Assembly (NCBI GenBank): GCA_009692665.1
Contig: SHYT01000002.1
Span: forward strand, 56,606 to 120,605
Reading direction: 5' to 3'
Origin: Dehalococcoidia bacterium
GTDB taxonomy: Bacteria > Chloroflexota > Dehalococcoidia > Lucifugimonadales > SHYT01
Length of the DNA: 64,000 nucleotides
The notes beneath the pieces are model-generated. The model saw only the letters and a list, made by a program, of their open reading frames with translations, had not been told where the DNA came from and ran no database searches. Position numbers and translations under genes: made by a program. Below are positions 41,157-49,120 of this stretch, one piece after another (positions within the stretch are counted from its first letter, which is position 1; every line of letters begins with the position of its first letter).

Positions 41157-41837
41157 TCAGACTGCGCCGGCGGCTTGGATTGCGCTTTGCGTATCATTGC
41201 CCGCACCATTGTGGCTCCCTTCATAGGACCGGATCATGGACAGCAACATATGGTCCGCCACCTGCTCCATCTGCTCCCAGATGAGAGTGGTGTCAGTCCC
41301 ACGGAGTGAGCCGTGTTGGGCAGCTTCTCGCACGGCCTCAAAGAGCGAGTTCCGGAAGAAGATGAATGCTTCGAGCACCTGTCCAAGCGGCACGCCCACA
41401 CGCGCAATGTCCTGGCCATACCCCTCGGCAAGTACACCAACTTCTGATAGCACGTCTGCCTGCCCCCGGCGCTGGCTGACATAGGTAATGCTCAAATCAA
41501 GCAACCGCCTGCCAAGCACGCGCATCTTGACGCGCCCCTCTTCACTAAGCTTCCCCATCCACGCCTGCTTGCGCGGGGAGTGCTCGCCGTGCAGGCCTTT
41601 GCGTATCCTGCGCAGCGCGGACTCTTCAAGAGTGGCCACCGCTATTTGGACCGGCCTGCGCCCCTGCGTCATGGCGACAAGGTCTTCCCGCAGGAACCGG
41701 CGATGGCCGCCCGCAGTGCGGAACGTGCGGATCTGTCCATTATCGGCCCACTGGCGGAGGGTAGATTGATGCACCTTCATCAAGGCGCACGCCTCGGAGA
41801 GAGGCAGCCACTGCGTTTGAAGCTGCGAAGATGCCAT
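41157..41837 (-). CDS. DNA-binding regulator: excisionase/MerR-type HTH plus C-terminal helical sensor-like domain
   Basis: The N-terminus WLPLSEACALMKVHQSTLRQWADNGQIRTFRTAGGHRRFLREDL is the HTH_17/excisionase-family motif. The C-terminal roughly 150 aa are all-helical (..LGRRLLDLSITYV...GYGQDIARVGVPLGQVLEAFIFFRNSLFEAV..), reminiscent of RsbR-N/globin-coupled-sensor-type modules. First gene of the heme cluster. Confidence 0.65.
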   Translation of the reverse strand: MASSQLQTQWLPLSEACALMKVHQSTLRQWADNGQIRTFRTAGGHRRFLREDLVAMTQGRRPVQIAVATLEESALRRIRKGLHGEHSPRKQAWMGKLSEEGRVKMRVLGRRLLDLSITYVSQRRGQADVLSEVGVLAEGYGQDIARVGVPLGQVLEAFIFFRNSLFEAVREAAQHGSLRGTDTTLIWEQMEQVADHMLLSMIRSYEGSHNGAGNDTQSAIQAAGAV

Positions 41838-41850
41838 TGTTTGATCCTAT

Positions 41851-41877
41851 GAAATCTGAGGAAATCTATGGAATTCT
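41851..41877. repeat. three 10-bp-phased direct repeats GAAATCT / GAAATCT / GAATTCT in the leader of the heme-cluster regulator
   Basis: Repeats start at 41851, 41861 and 41871, which is 14-40 nt upstream of the regulator ATG (41837) and downstream of the predicted promoter. Confidence 0.55.
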
Positions 41878-41897
41878 TCTGGTAACTTCCGGCACAT

Positions 41898-41927
41898 ACC
41901 CTATCACGAGGCATAGAGAGAAGTCAA
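41898..41927 (-). promoter_or_regulatory. putative promoter TTGACT-18-TAGGGT of the heme-cluster regulator
   Basis: The minus strand reads TTGACT tctctctatgcctcgtga TAGGGT. The predicted start site is about 50 nt before the ATG, which places the GAAATCT repeats in the 5-prime UTR. Confidence 0.4.
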
Positions 41928-41993
41928 TGAGAAATGTGGAGCCCACGCAACCTTCCAGCTTTCGAGGCACGTATCTCATGCTATAGTAAATCT

Positions 41994-42685
41994 ATGGGCA
42001 GATGGGGCACAAACTTCTTTAGAGAAGGCAAATTTCAACACGAAAAGCGTCTTTTGCTCGACAAAATACGCACGGAAATCAGCAACGGTTGAGTAGTAGC
42101 TGCCATAGAACGCGTCCCTCGCGAGCATTTCGTTCCTGCGGCCTGGCGCGAGGTGGCCTATCGGGACTCTGCTTTACCCCTGCCCTATGGCCAGACTATC
42201 TCCCAACCGCTCATGGTCGCCATCATGACCGCTGCATTCGACCCGCAGCCGCAGCACATGGTGCTTGAAATTGGTACCGGCAGCGGCTACCAAACAGCGA
42301 TACTGGCTGAACTCGTGCAGCAAGTGATTACAGTTGAGCGTGTTGCCCAGCTTGCCGGCGCCGCACGCCAGGCGCTTACTGCTCTTGGATACGGCGGCCT
42401 CGTCACCACGCGCGCCGCCACCAGCGAGTTGGGCTGTCCCGAAGAAGCACCGTTTGACGGCATCATCGTCACTGCGGCAGCACCCAAGATTCCGGTTGGC
42501 CTGCTCAGGCAGCTGGCGCTAGGAGGACGTCTCATCATCCCTGTCGGCGCCGCCCAGGACCAGAACCTCTTCCCGATTATTAATGCCCCGACCGGTTGGA
42601 CATGACCCGCCTTGGGCCATGCCGCTTTGTGCCGCTCATTGGGCAGGAAGGCTGGCTTCTCCAGCCCACTGCTGAGGCGTTCTGA
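41994..42685 (+). pseudogene. pcm: protein-L-isoaspartate O-methyltransferase, disrupted (in-frame TGA at 42090, frameshift near 42586-42589)
   Basis: The conceptual product is MGRWGTNFFREGKFQHEKRLLLDKIRTEISNG*VVAAIERVPREHFVPAAWREVAYRDSALPLPYGQTISQP...LEIGTGSGYQTAILA...GGRLIIPVG. The expected C-terminus RFVPLIGQEGW is only found in the -1 frame after the CCCC run. Confidence 0.65.
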
Positions 42686-42709
42686 CCGACGCCCTGTTAT
42701 ACTGACTGC

Positions 42710-43642
42710 ATGGCAAAGACGAGCCTTTTCGGGCGTGACATCCTCTCATTCGGTGACCTCTCTCCTGATGAAGTCGCCTACCTCCTAGAGTCGGCGCGTA
42801 CACTCAAGAAGCAGCGGAACATGGGGACACCGCTGGCGGGCAAGAGTCTGGCGCTTGTCTTTGAGAAACCGTCCATGCGCACCAAGTCTAGCTTCACAAT
42901 AGGGATGCATCAGTTGGGCGGGCACGTCCTCTACCTTGGCCCCGATGAAGTGGGCCTCGGTAAGCGGGAGCCTGTCTATGATGTAGGCAAAGTGCTTGCC
43001 ACCTACGTAGATGTCATTGCCTGTCGCACATTCGCCCAGCAGACGCTGATTGAGCTTGCGAGAGCGGCCGATGTCCCGGTGATTAACGCCCTGTCCGATG
43101 AGGAGCATCCCTGTCAGGCGCTCGCGGACATCCTGACAATTCTTGAAGTTAACGGCTCGCTCAGAGGTATCGAAGTCGCCTTTATCGGCGATGGCAATAA
43201 CGTAGCTGCAAGCCTTGCCCTTGCCGTAGCGAGCACAGGAGGAGTGTTCCGCCTGGCAGCCCCGCAGGGCTATGACCTGCCGAAGGACATGCTGGAAAAA
43301 ACCCACGTTGTTGCGAAGAAGACCGGCGCCAAGATCGCGACAATGCGCGACCCCAGAGAGGCAGTCCGCGGCGCCGACGTAGTGTATACGGACGTCTGGA
43401 CCAGCATGGGACAGGAAACCGCGTCTGCCATCCGCCGCAAGGCCTTTGCAGGCTACCAGGTCAATGAGGCATTGATGGCACTGGCCAAGCCGTCGGCCAT
43501 TTTCCTCCATGACATGCCCGCGCACTATGGTGAAGAGGTCCCGACAGGCTTCCTTGATCACCCACAGTCAAGGGCATACCAGCAGGCGGAGAATCGCCTG
43601 CACGCGCAGAAAGCGCTTGTATTGGCTTTGCTAGCCCAGTAG
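42710..43642 (+). CDS. argF: ornithine carbamoyltransferase family protein with variant active-site motifs
   Basis: 310 aa. HPCQALAD, DVWTSMGQE and QAENRLHAQKA are OTC-like. However, the carbamoyl-phosphate motif reads SMRTK (canonical STRTR) and the HCLP motif reads HDMP. Confidence 0.8.
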   Translation: MAKTSLFGRDILSFGDLSPDEVAYLLESARTLKKQRNMGTPLAGKSLALVFEKPSMRTKSSFTIGMHQLGGHVLYLGPDEVGLGKREPVYDVGKVLATYVDVIACRTFAQQTLIELARAADVPVINALSDEEHPCQALADILTILEVNGSLRGIEVAFIGDGNNVAASLALAVASTGGVFRLAAPQGYDLPKDMLEKTHVVAKKTGAKIATMRDPREAVRGADVVYTDVWTSMGQETASAIRRKAFAGYQVNEALMALAKPSAIFLHDMPAHYGEEVPTGFLDHPQSRAYQQAENRLHAQKALVLALLAQ

Positions 43643-43666
43643 TACCGGTCGTTTTGGAGAGGCAGT

Positions 43667-45019
43667 ATGGAACATCCACTTCCCGTCGTTGCCGTCGTTG
43701 GCAGGCCAAATGTCGGCAAATCATCGCTGTTTAACCGGCTCATGGGCCAGCGGCTCGCGATCGTTAGCGACATACCAGGCACCACACGCGACAGGCTCAT
43801 TGGCCGCGCCGTGTGGGACGAACACGCCTTGTTGCTTATGGATACCGGCGGCCTTGTGCTCCAGGATGAGGAGGTCATGACCGCCAAAGTGCGCCAGCAA
43901 GTGAACACCGCACTCGCTGAAGCGGACCTGGTGCTCTTCATAGTGGATGCGGCGGCAGGGCTCCATCCTGGCGATCAAGAGGTAGCCAAACTCCTGCACC
44001 GCCGCGGCAAGCCAGTCCTGCTCGTGGCGAACAAGACCGAGAACAGGACGCAAGAGCACGCGCTCTCCGCCGAGTTTGCACGTCTCGGCTTCGGCGAACC
44101 GATGGCGGTAACCGCCATGCACAACCTGGGAATCATGGACTTGCAAGAGAAGGTTCTCTCCATGCTTCCCACTATCTTGGTAGATGCATCCCAGCAGGAC
44201 AAGACGCCGCAGCTCGCGATTGTTGGCCGGCCCAACGCCGGCAAGTCCAGCCTTCTCAACGCGATAGCCGGTGAGGAACGCGTCATTGTGGACGACACCC
44301 CCGGCACCACACGTGACACGATTGACACCACCATTCACTATAAAGACCATGAACTGATCCTTATTGATACCGCAGGTGTTCGCCGGCGCGGAAAAATTGA
44401 GCCAGGCATCGAACACTACAGTGTGCTCCGCGTGCTCCAAGCTATTGAGCGCTGCAACGTCGCCATTCTTGTGCTGGATGCCACAGAGCTGGTAACGGCC
44501 CAAGACGAGCACATCGCGGGGTTTGCAGCTGAAGCGTATAAGGGCATTGTCGTTGTAGTGAACAAATGGGACTTAGCCCCAAAGCTCAACCTGACTGAAG
44601 AGATAGCTGGGGCGGAAGTAAAGAAGCGGTTCACATGGGCTTCTTATGCTCCCATCTGCTTCACTTCCGCCCTCAAGAAGCAGGGCCTGGAAACCCTTAT
44701 GAACACCGTGCTGCGCGTCTTTACGGAGCGCAACAAGCGCGTGGAGCAAAAAGACTTGGATGAGGTGCTCAAGGAAGCAATAGAGCGCCGTCCCACATCG
44801 TCCCACCCTGCACACCCGCTGCGGATCTTCCGCATGCTTCAAGTGGATGTGAACCCACCGACGTTTGTGGCCTTCGTCAACAACCCCAGCCGGGTACACT
44901 TCTCATACAGGCGATACCTGGAGAACCAGCTTCGTAGCAGGTTCGGCTTCGAGGGAAACCACCTGCGGCTGGTGTTCAAAGGTGGGGAAGAAAGCCGCAC
45001 GAACCGAAGGAGTGGTTAG
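43667..45019 (+). CDS. der: ribosome-associated GTPase Der (EngA)
   Basis: Two tandem G domains (GRPNVGKSSLFN...DTGG...NKTE, GRPNAGKSSLLN...DTAG...NKWD) and a KH-like C-terminus. Confidence 0.95.
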   Translation: MEHPLPVVAVVGRPNVGKSSLFNRLMGQRLAIVSDIPGTTRDRLIGRAVWDEHALLLMDTGGLVLQDEEVMTAKVRQQVNTALAEADLVLFIVDAAAGLHPGDQEVAKLLHRRGKPVLLVANKTENRTQEHALSAEFARLGFGEPMAVTAMHNLGIMDLQEKVLSMLPTILVDASQQDKTPQLAIVGRPNAGKSSLLNAIAGEERVIVDDTPGTTRDTIDTTIHYKDHELILIDTAGVRRRGKIEPGIEHYSVLRVLQAIERCNVAILVLDATELVTAQDEHIAGFAAEAYKGIVVVVNKWDLAPKLNLTEEIAGAEVKKRFTWASYAPICFTSALKKQGLETLMNTVLRVFTERNKRVEQKDLDEVLKEAIERRPTSSHPAHPLRIFRMLQVDVNPPTFVAFVNNPSRVHFSYRRYLENQLRSRFGFEGNHLRLVFKGGEESRTNRRSG

Positions 45020-45924
45020 CCTACCTCACAGAGCAGTGTTACCCAGTCCTCGTCCTGGTACGCCTGCTTCAGGCGTAGTCCATTCTCAGCTAATGCGGAC
45101 ACCACTTCGTCCCGCCGCTCGATAAGCAACCCTGACCCAATGAGCAGCCCGCCACTGCGCAGCACAGGCTTGAACTGCGGCGCCAGCGCAATAAGCGCCT
45201 TCGCTGAGATGTTGGCCAGCACCATGTCAAACGGCCCAATGTCCGGCTGTGGCAGCGTTCCCTTACGCACATGAAAAAGCCTGCCCACGCCGTTTATGCG
45301 TGCATTTTGACGCGTGGCGCGGGTTGCAGCGGCTTCCGTGTCCAGGCCAAGCACGCTATCGGCGCCCAGCTTCAAGGCAGCAATTCCGAGGATGCCTGAG
45401 CCGCAGCCCAGATCTAACACCACGCTACCGGGCCGGCAATGCTCCTCAAGCGCGACCAGGCAGCGGCGTGTAGTTGGATGATGCCCTGTGCCAAACGCAA
45501 GGCCGGGGTCAAGCGTTAGGACGACCTGGCCCTGACTCTTATCAGGTGCATCAAGCCACGGCGGCATAACCAAGAGCCGTTTGCCCAGACGGAGCGCTGG
45601 GAAGTGTTCCTTCCAGTTCTCCTCCCATTCAGCCGAGTCCACTATCCGCTCATCAATTGGCGGGATGGGGCGAATGAGTGAAAGGAGTTTGGCTCCAGTC
45701 TCAATCCGGGCCTTTCGCCACTTCGCCCGGCTGTTGTTTGGGTAGTACGCTATCACCGTGACCAGCGCATTGGGATTGACCGACTCCCCTTCATCAGGGT
45801 TAAAGCCCCCAGGCTGCTCTATTGCCACAGTGTTGCTGGCGTAGCGGTTGAAAAGCTCCGTGATGGGCTCAACTAGCTCAGGAGATACCTGCACACTGAC
45901 CCGGACCCACTGCGTGCCGGCCAC
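45016..45924 (-). CDS. prmA: ribosomal protein L11 methyltransferase
   Basis: WEENWKEHFPALRLG, DPGLAFGTGHHPTT and VLDLGCGSGILGIAA. Confidence 0.92.
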   Translation of the reverse strand: MAGTQWVRVSVQVSPELVEPITELFNRYASNTVAIEQPGGFNPDEGESVNPNALVTVIAYYPNNSRAKWRKARIETGAKLLSLIRPIPPIDERIVDSAEWEENWKEHFPALRLGKRLLVMPPWLDAPDKSQGQVVLTLDPGLAFGTGHHPTTRRCLVALEEHCRPGSVVLDLGCGSGILGIAALKLGADSVLGLDTEAAATRATRQNARINGVGRLFHVRKGTLPQPDIGPFDMVLANISAKALIALAPQFKPVLRSGGLLIGSGLLIERRDEVVSALAENGLRLKQAYQDEDWVTLLCEVG

Positions 45925-45989
45925 TAGCGGACGTGGCCTGAGCGCGAGTCATCTGCCGAAGCGAGCACCCAACGGAGAAAAGACATCAG

Positions 45990-47075
45990 CTATTCAACGG
46001 ACTGCTTGGGGTGTTCCGGCTCAAGAAGTTTGTGCAGCTCTTCAAGCAGTTTCTTCGTCCTGGCGTCCAGTTTCTTGGGCGTTGTCACCTGCACCACAAC
46101 CAGCAGGTCTCCCCGCTGCCGCGAGTTCACGTCCGTGACGCCCTTCCCTTTGATGCGCAGGACTGTGCCTGGCTGCGTGCCAGAGGGAATCTTCAACTGG
46201 TCTATAGCTCCACCAAGAAGCGGCACATCTACCATGTCCCCAAGCGCTGCCTGCGGGAAAGTGATTGGCATTTCATAGATGAGGTGGTTGCCCTCGCGCT
46301 TGAAGAACGGGTGCGCCTTAACGGTTACACTGAGGTAAAAATGCCCTGGCGGGCCACTGTTCCAGCCCGCGTCGCCCTCACCGGACAGGCGTACCTGCGT
46401 CCCATCCTCAATGCCTGCTGGAATCGCCACCTGCAGCTTCCGAGTGCGCTGTTCACGGCCCGCGCCCTTGCATTGCGCACACGGCATCTGCACAATGCGT
46501 CCCTCACCCTTACACGTAGGACAGGGGACCACCTGCATAAACTGACCAAAGAGGTTTGACTGCGTGCGGCGCACCTGCCCATTTCCCCGGCAGGTATTGC
46601 ATTGCGTCAGCGACGTCCCAGGCTCTGCCCGGTTGCCCTTGCAGCGCGTGCACAGTTCAGTACGGGCTGCATCAATCTCCCGCCCCAGGCCAAACGCCGC
46701 TTCTTGAAAACTGATAGTAATGGCATAGTGGAGGTCGCCGCCACGGCGCGGCCCGCGCTCCTCGCGCACGCCAAACCCGCTAAAGAACGCCTCGAAGATG
46801 TCACCAAGACCGCCGCCGGGGTCAAAGCCCTCAAATCCTCGCCTGCCAGCGTCACTTACCGCAACACGACCGTAGCGGTCGTACATCTGGCGCTTCTGGG
46901 GGTCGCTGAGGGTCTGATAGGCCTCATTAATTTCCTTGAAGCGTTGTTCCGCCTCAGGAGTGTTGTTTCGATCAGGGTGCCAGTCCATCGCAAGCTTGCG
47001 ATACACCTTGCGAATATCATCTTCGCTGGCGCCCTTCCCGATGCCAAGCACCTCGTAAAAATCGCGTCCGTTCAT
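45990..47075 (-). CDS. dnaJ: molecular chaperone DnaJ
   Basis: J domain DFYEVLGI...YRKLAMDWHPDRN, a G/F region and four CxxCxGxG zinc motifs. 361 aa. Confidence 0.96.
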   Translation of the reverse strand: MNGRDFYEVLGIGKGASEDDIRKVYRKLAMDWHPDRNNTPEAEQRFKEINEAYQTLSDPQKRQMYDRYGRVAVSDAGRRGFEGFDPGGGLGDIFEAFFSGFGVREERGPRRGGDLHYAITISFQEAAFGLGREIDAARTELCTRCKGNRAEPGTSLTQCNTCRGNGQVRRTQSNLFGQFMQVVPCPTCKGEGRIVQMPCAQCKGAGREQRTRKLQVAIPAGIEDGTQVRLSGEGDAGWNSGPPGHFYLSVTVKAHPFFKREGNHLIYEMPITFPQAALGDMVDVPLLGGAIDQLKIPSGTQPGTVLRIKGKGVTDVNSRQRGDLLVVVQVTTPKKLDARTKKLLEELHKLLEPEHPKQSVE

Positions 47076-47376
47076 ACTGCTTTTGCGCTGCTCCTCACTA
47101 CCAAGAAGACCATAACCAATGCATCCAGATAGTATACCGCAAGGGGCCTTGCACGGCTAGTTCACCGCGTCGAGAGGTAGTGGATCACCTTGAGAATCGG
47201 AGCCTGAGAGAGTTGCCCTCTCCTGTGGTGTCCGTTCATGGTTCGACAGGCTCACCACGAACGGGGAAAACAGGTGACTGCGAAAGGGGGCAAGGAGCCG
47301 GTGTACCCATATTTGCCGCGTCGAGCAGATAACCACATGTCAAATTGACCCACTATCCGTCGAGAGGATACGCAGA

Positions 47377-47876
47377 CTAGGGCTGGGAAGCTGGCTTTGC
47401 TTGGTTCTTGCCAACCACCACCAGCGCGGGCCTCAGCACCTGCCCGCCAAAGGTGTATCCCTGCTGCACAACGTGCAGTATCTTCCCGGCCTCTCCATCC
47501 GTCTCTTGCACTGCCTGATGGCATGACGGGTCAAACGCCTTCCCTGCAGCGTCAATTTGGCAAACGTCATACGCTTCCAAAAGTGCCAGGAATTTGCGGT
47601 AGGTGAATCATATCCCGTCTACCCAGGTGAAGCCCTTTAAGGGCTCAGCAACAGTCGCCAACGCCCGCTCCAGGTCATCAACCAGCGGGAGGAACTCTGC
47701 GATCACCACCGAAGCGGCGGCCTTAGCCATATCCGCTTCTGAGCGTTGCCAGCTGGCGAGAAACCAGTCAGAGCACGCCTTCACCTCGGCACGCTCATAG
47801 CGAAGGGCTTCAAGCGCTTGTTCAGGGGAGGGAAAGTATTGCCGGCCGGCATTGCGCCGCTCTCCTGGGCCGCCAT
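47377..47876 (-). pseudogene. grpE: nucleotide exchange factor GrpE, disrupted (in-frame TGA at 47610-47608, no in-frame start, degenerate core motif)
   Basis: The frame reads ...PEQALEALRYERAEVKACSDWFLASWQRSEADMAKAAASVVIAEFLPLVDDLERALATVAEPLKGFTWVDGI*FTYRKFLALLEAYDVCQIDAAGKAFDPSCHQAVQ...GYTFGGQVLRPALVVV. The only upstream ATG (47876) is in another frame. The usual A[ED]F[ED]NYRKR block is eroded. Confidence 0.6.
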
Positions 47877-47883
47877 GTAGCCC

Positions 47884-48927
47884 CTAACTCGACGGCAGGT
47901 GGCCGTGCACGCCTTCCAGGAGTGTCCCCAGCAATTGCGAGAGGTAGCGGATGCTGGCCACAGAACGCTCATAATCAAGCCGTGTTGGGCCCACAATACC
48001 AATCGTGCCGGTCGCCTCGCCGGGCCGGCCATAGCGCCCTAAAATGAGGCTGAACGATTTGAGGTTCTCTTCACTGTTCTCCGTGCCTATCAACACCCGT
48101 GGCTTGGCGTCATCCGGCCTTGCTGAGGTGACAACCTGGTGAATGCGCTTTGAGTCAAGCAAGTTCGCCAGGTCGGCAAGCCGCTGCTGGTCAGTCAACT
48201 CCGGCTGTGTCAGCAAGTGCTGGAGCCCCTCAATGAGCCCTTCATAGAGGCTACCTTCCTCTTGCCGCATCATGTCCAGCACTTGCGCCAAAATCTGCGC
48301 CTCAAGAGGCGTTAACTCCACCGGTTTTGCCTGAATCTCCCGCGAGGTCAGCCCGGAGTACAGCGCCGACAGCTTGTTGGATGCGTGTTGCATGTCCTCA
48401 CGGGTCACCGGCATTGGGAGCGGCACAATCTCCTTCCGCACGTGGGGCTGCTGGAGCACCAGCACCAAAAGCCCGAGCAGGTCCTGGAGGTAGGCAATAT
48501 CAATGTGCTGCACACGCGTCTCACGCGAATGCGGATACGTGACAACCACCAGGTTTTGAGCCAGGCGCGCCAAAACCTGCGCGGAGAGTTGCAACCACGC
48601 CTCCGGATCGCGGTCAACAGCGCGGAACTCCTGCAAGACCTGACGCTTGAGTGATTCCGGCAGCTCGCCGGAGTCCGTCAGGTACTCCACGTAATAGCGA
48701 TACCCTCTGTCAGACGGCACGCCCCCAGCTGATATGTGCGGGCGTCGAATATAGCCCTCGTCTTCAAGCTCCGCCATCTCGTTCCGCACTGTGGCCGAGC
48801 TGACACGCAGAGGAAATTTCCGCGCAATGACATCCGAACTCACCGGCACCGCAGTGGAAACGTAGTCACCAACCACGGCACGAAGGATCTGGCGCTTACG
48901 GTCTGAAAGACTGTCCAGCATTTCCAT
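47884..48927 (-). CDS. hrcA: heat-inducible transcription repressor HrcA
   Basis: LSDRKRQILRAVVGDYVSTAVPVSSDVIA...SSATVRNEMAELEDEGYIRRPHISAGGVPSDRGYRYYV. 347 aa. Confidence 0.93.
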   Translation of the reverse strand: MEMLDSLSDRKRQILRAVVGDYVSTAVPVSSDVIARKFPLRVSSATVRNEMAELEDEGYIRRPHISAGGVPSDRGYRYYVEYLTDSGELPESLKRQVLQEFRAVDRDPEAWLQLSAQVLARLAQNLVVVTYPHSRETRVQHIDIAYLQDLLGLLVLVLQQPHVRKEIVPLPMPVTREDMQHASNKLSALYSGLTSREIQAKPVELTPLEAQILAQVLDMMRQEEGSLYEGLIEGLQHLLTQPELTDQQRLADLANLLDSKRIHQVVTSARPDDAKPRVLIGTENSEENLKSFSLILGRYGRPGEATGTIGIVGPTRLDYERSVASIRYLSQLLGTLLEGVHGHLPSS

Positions 48928-48987
48928 TACGCATACTCCCTAGCGGGGGTTGCAATGGAGGCAACGCGATGCGCCGCTTCTGGTACG

Positions 48988-49016
48988 ACTGTACTGGGGG
49001 TATCATCGGCTGTCAA
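48988..49016 (-). promoter_or_regulatory. putative hrcA promoter TTGACA-17-TACAGT
   Basis: The minus strand reads TTGACA gccgatgatacccccag TACAGT, 55-60 nt upstream of the hrcA ATG. Confidence 0.45.
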
Positions 49017-49051
49017 GGCAAATGAGTGCGTGTTAATGTAGCGTGCACAAC

Positions 49052-49100
49052 AAAAAAGAGATAACAAGAGGGGTGGCCCGTTCGGCGGGCCACCCCTCTT
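49052..49100 (-). terminator. rho-independent terminator after the collagen-like surface protein gene
   Basis: AAGAGGGGTGGCCCG ccga ACGGGCCACCCCTCTT followed on the minus strand by GTTATCTCTTTTTTG. Confidence 0.75.
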
Positions 49101-49120
49101 GTCTAGGCTCCGGAAACTAA

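Noticed and set aside
41848-41991. Small plus-strand ORFs in the pcm/regulator divergent region (MEFFW at 41868-41885 and a 47-codon ORF from 41848).
   Set aside because: They have no SD sequence and overlap the GAAATCT repeats and the predicted minus-strand promoter. They are probably fortuitous.
42090-47610. In-frame TGA codons in pcm and grpE as possible selenocysteine or reassigned (Trp/Gly) codons.
   Set aside because: TGA terminates conserved genes at their expected ends elsewhere in the window (for example pyrR at 13166-13168). The affected positions are not Cys or redox sites, I saw no SECIS-like hairpin, and both genes carry additional frame lesions. Pseudogenes or sequence errors are more parsimonious.
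48928-49020. Looked for a CIRCE operator (TTAGCACTC-N9-GAGTGCTAA) upstream of hrcA and in the grpE-dnaJ spacer.
   Set aside because: No inverted repeat of that type is present. The GAGTGCGTG...GCGTGCAC pair at 49024-49048 is direct-like, not palindromic.
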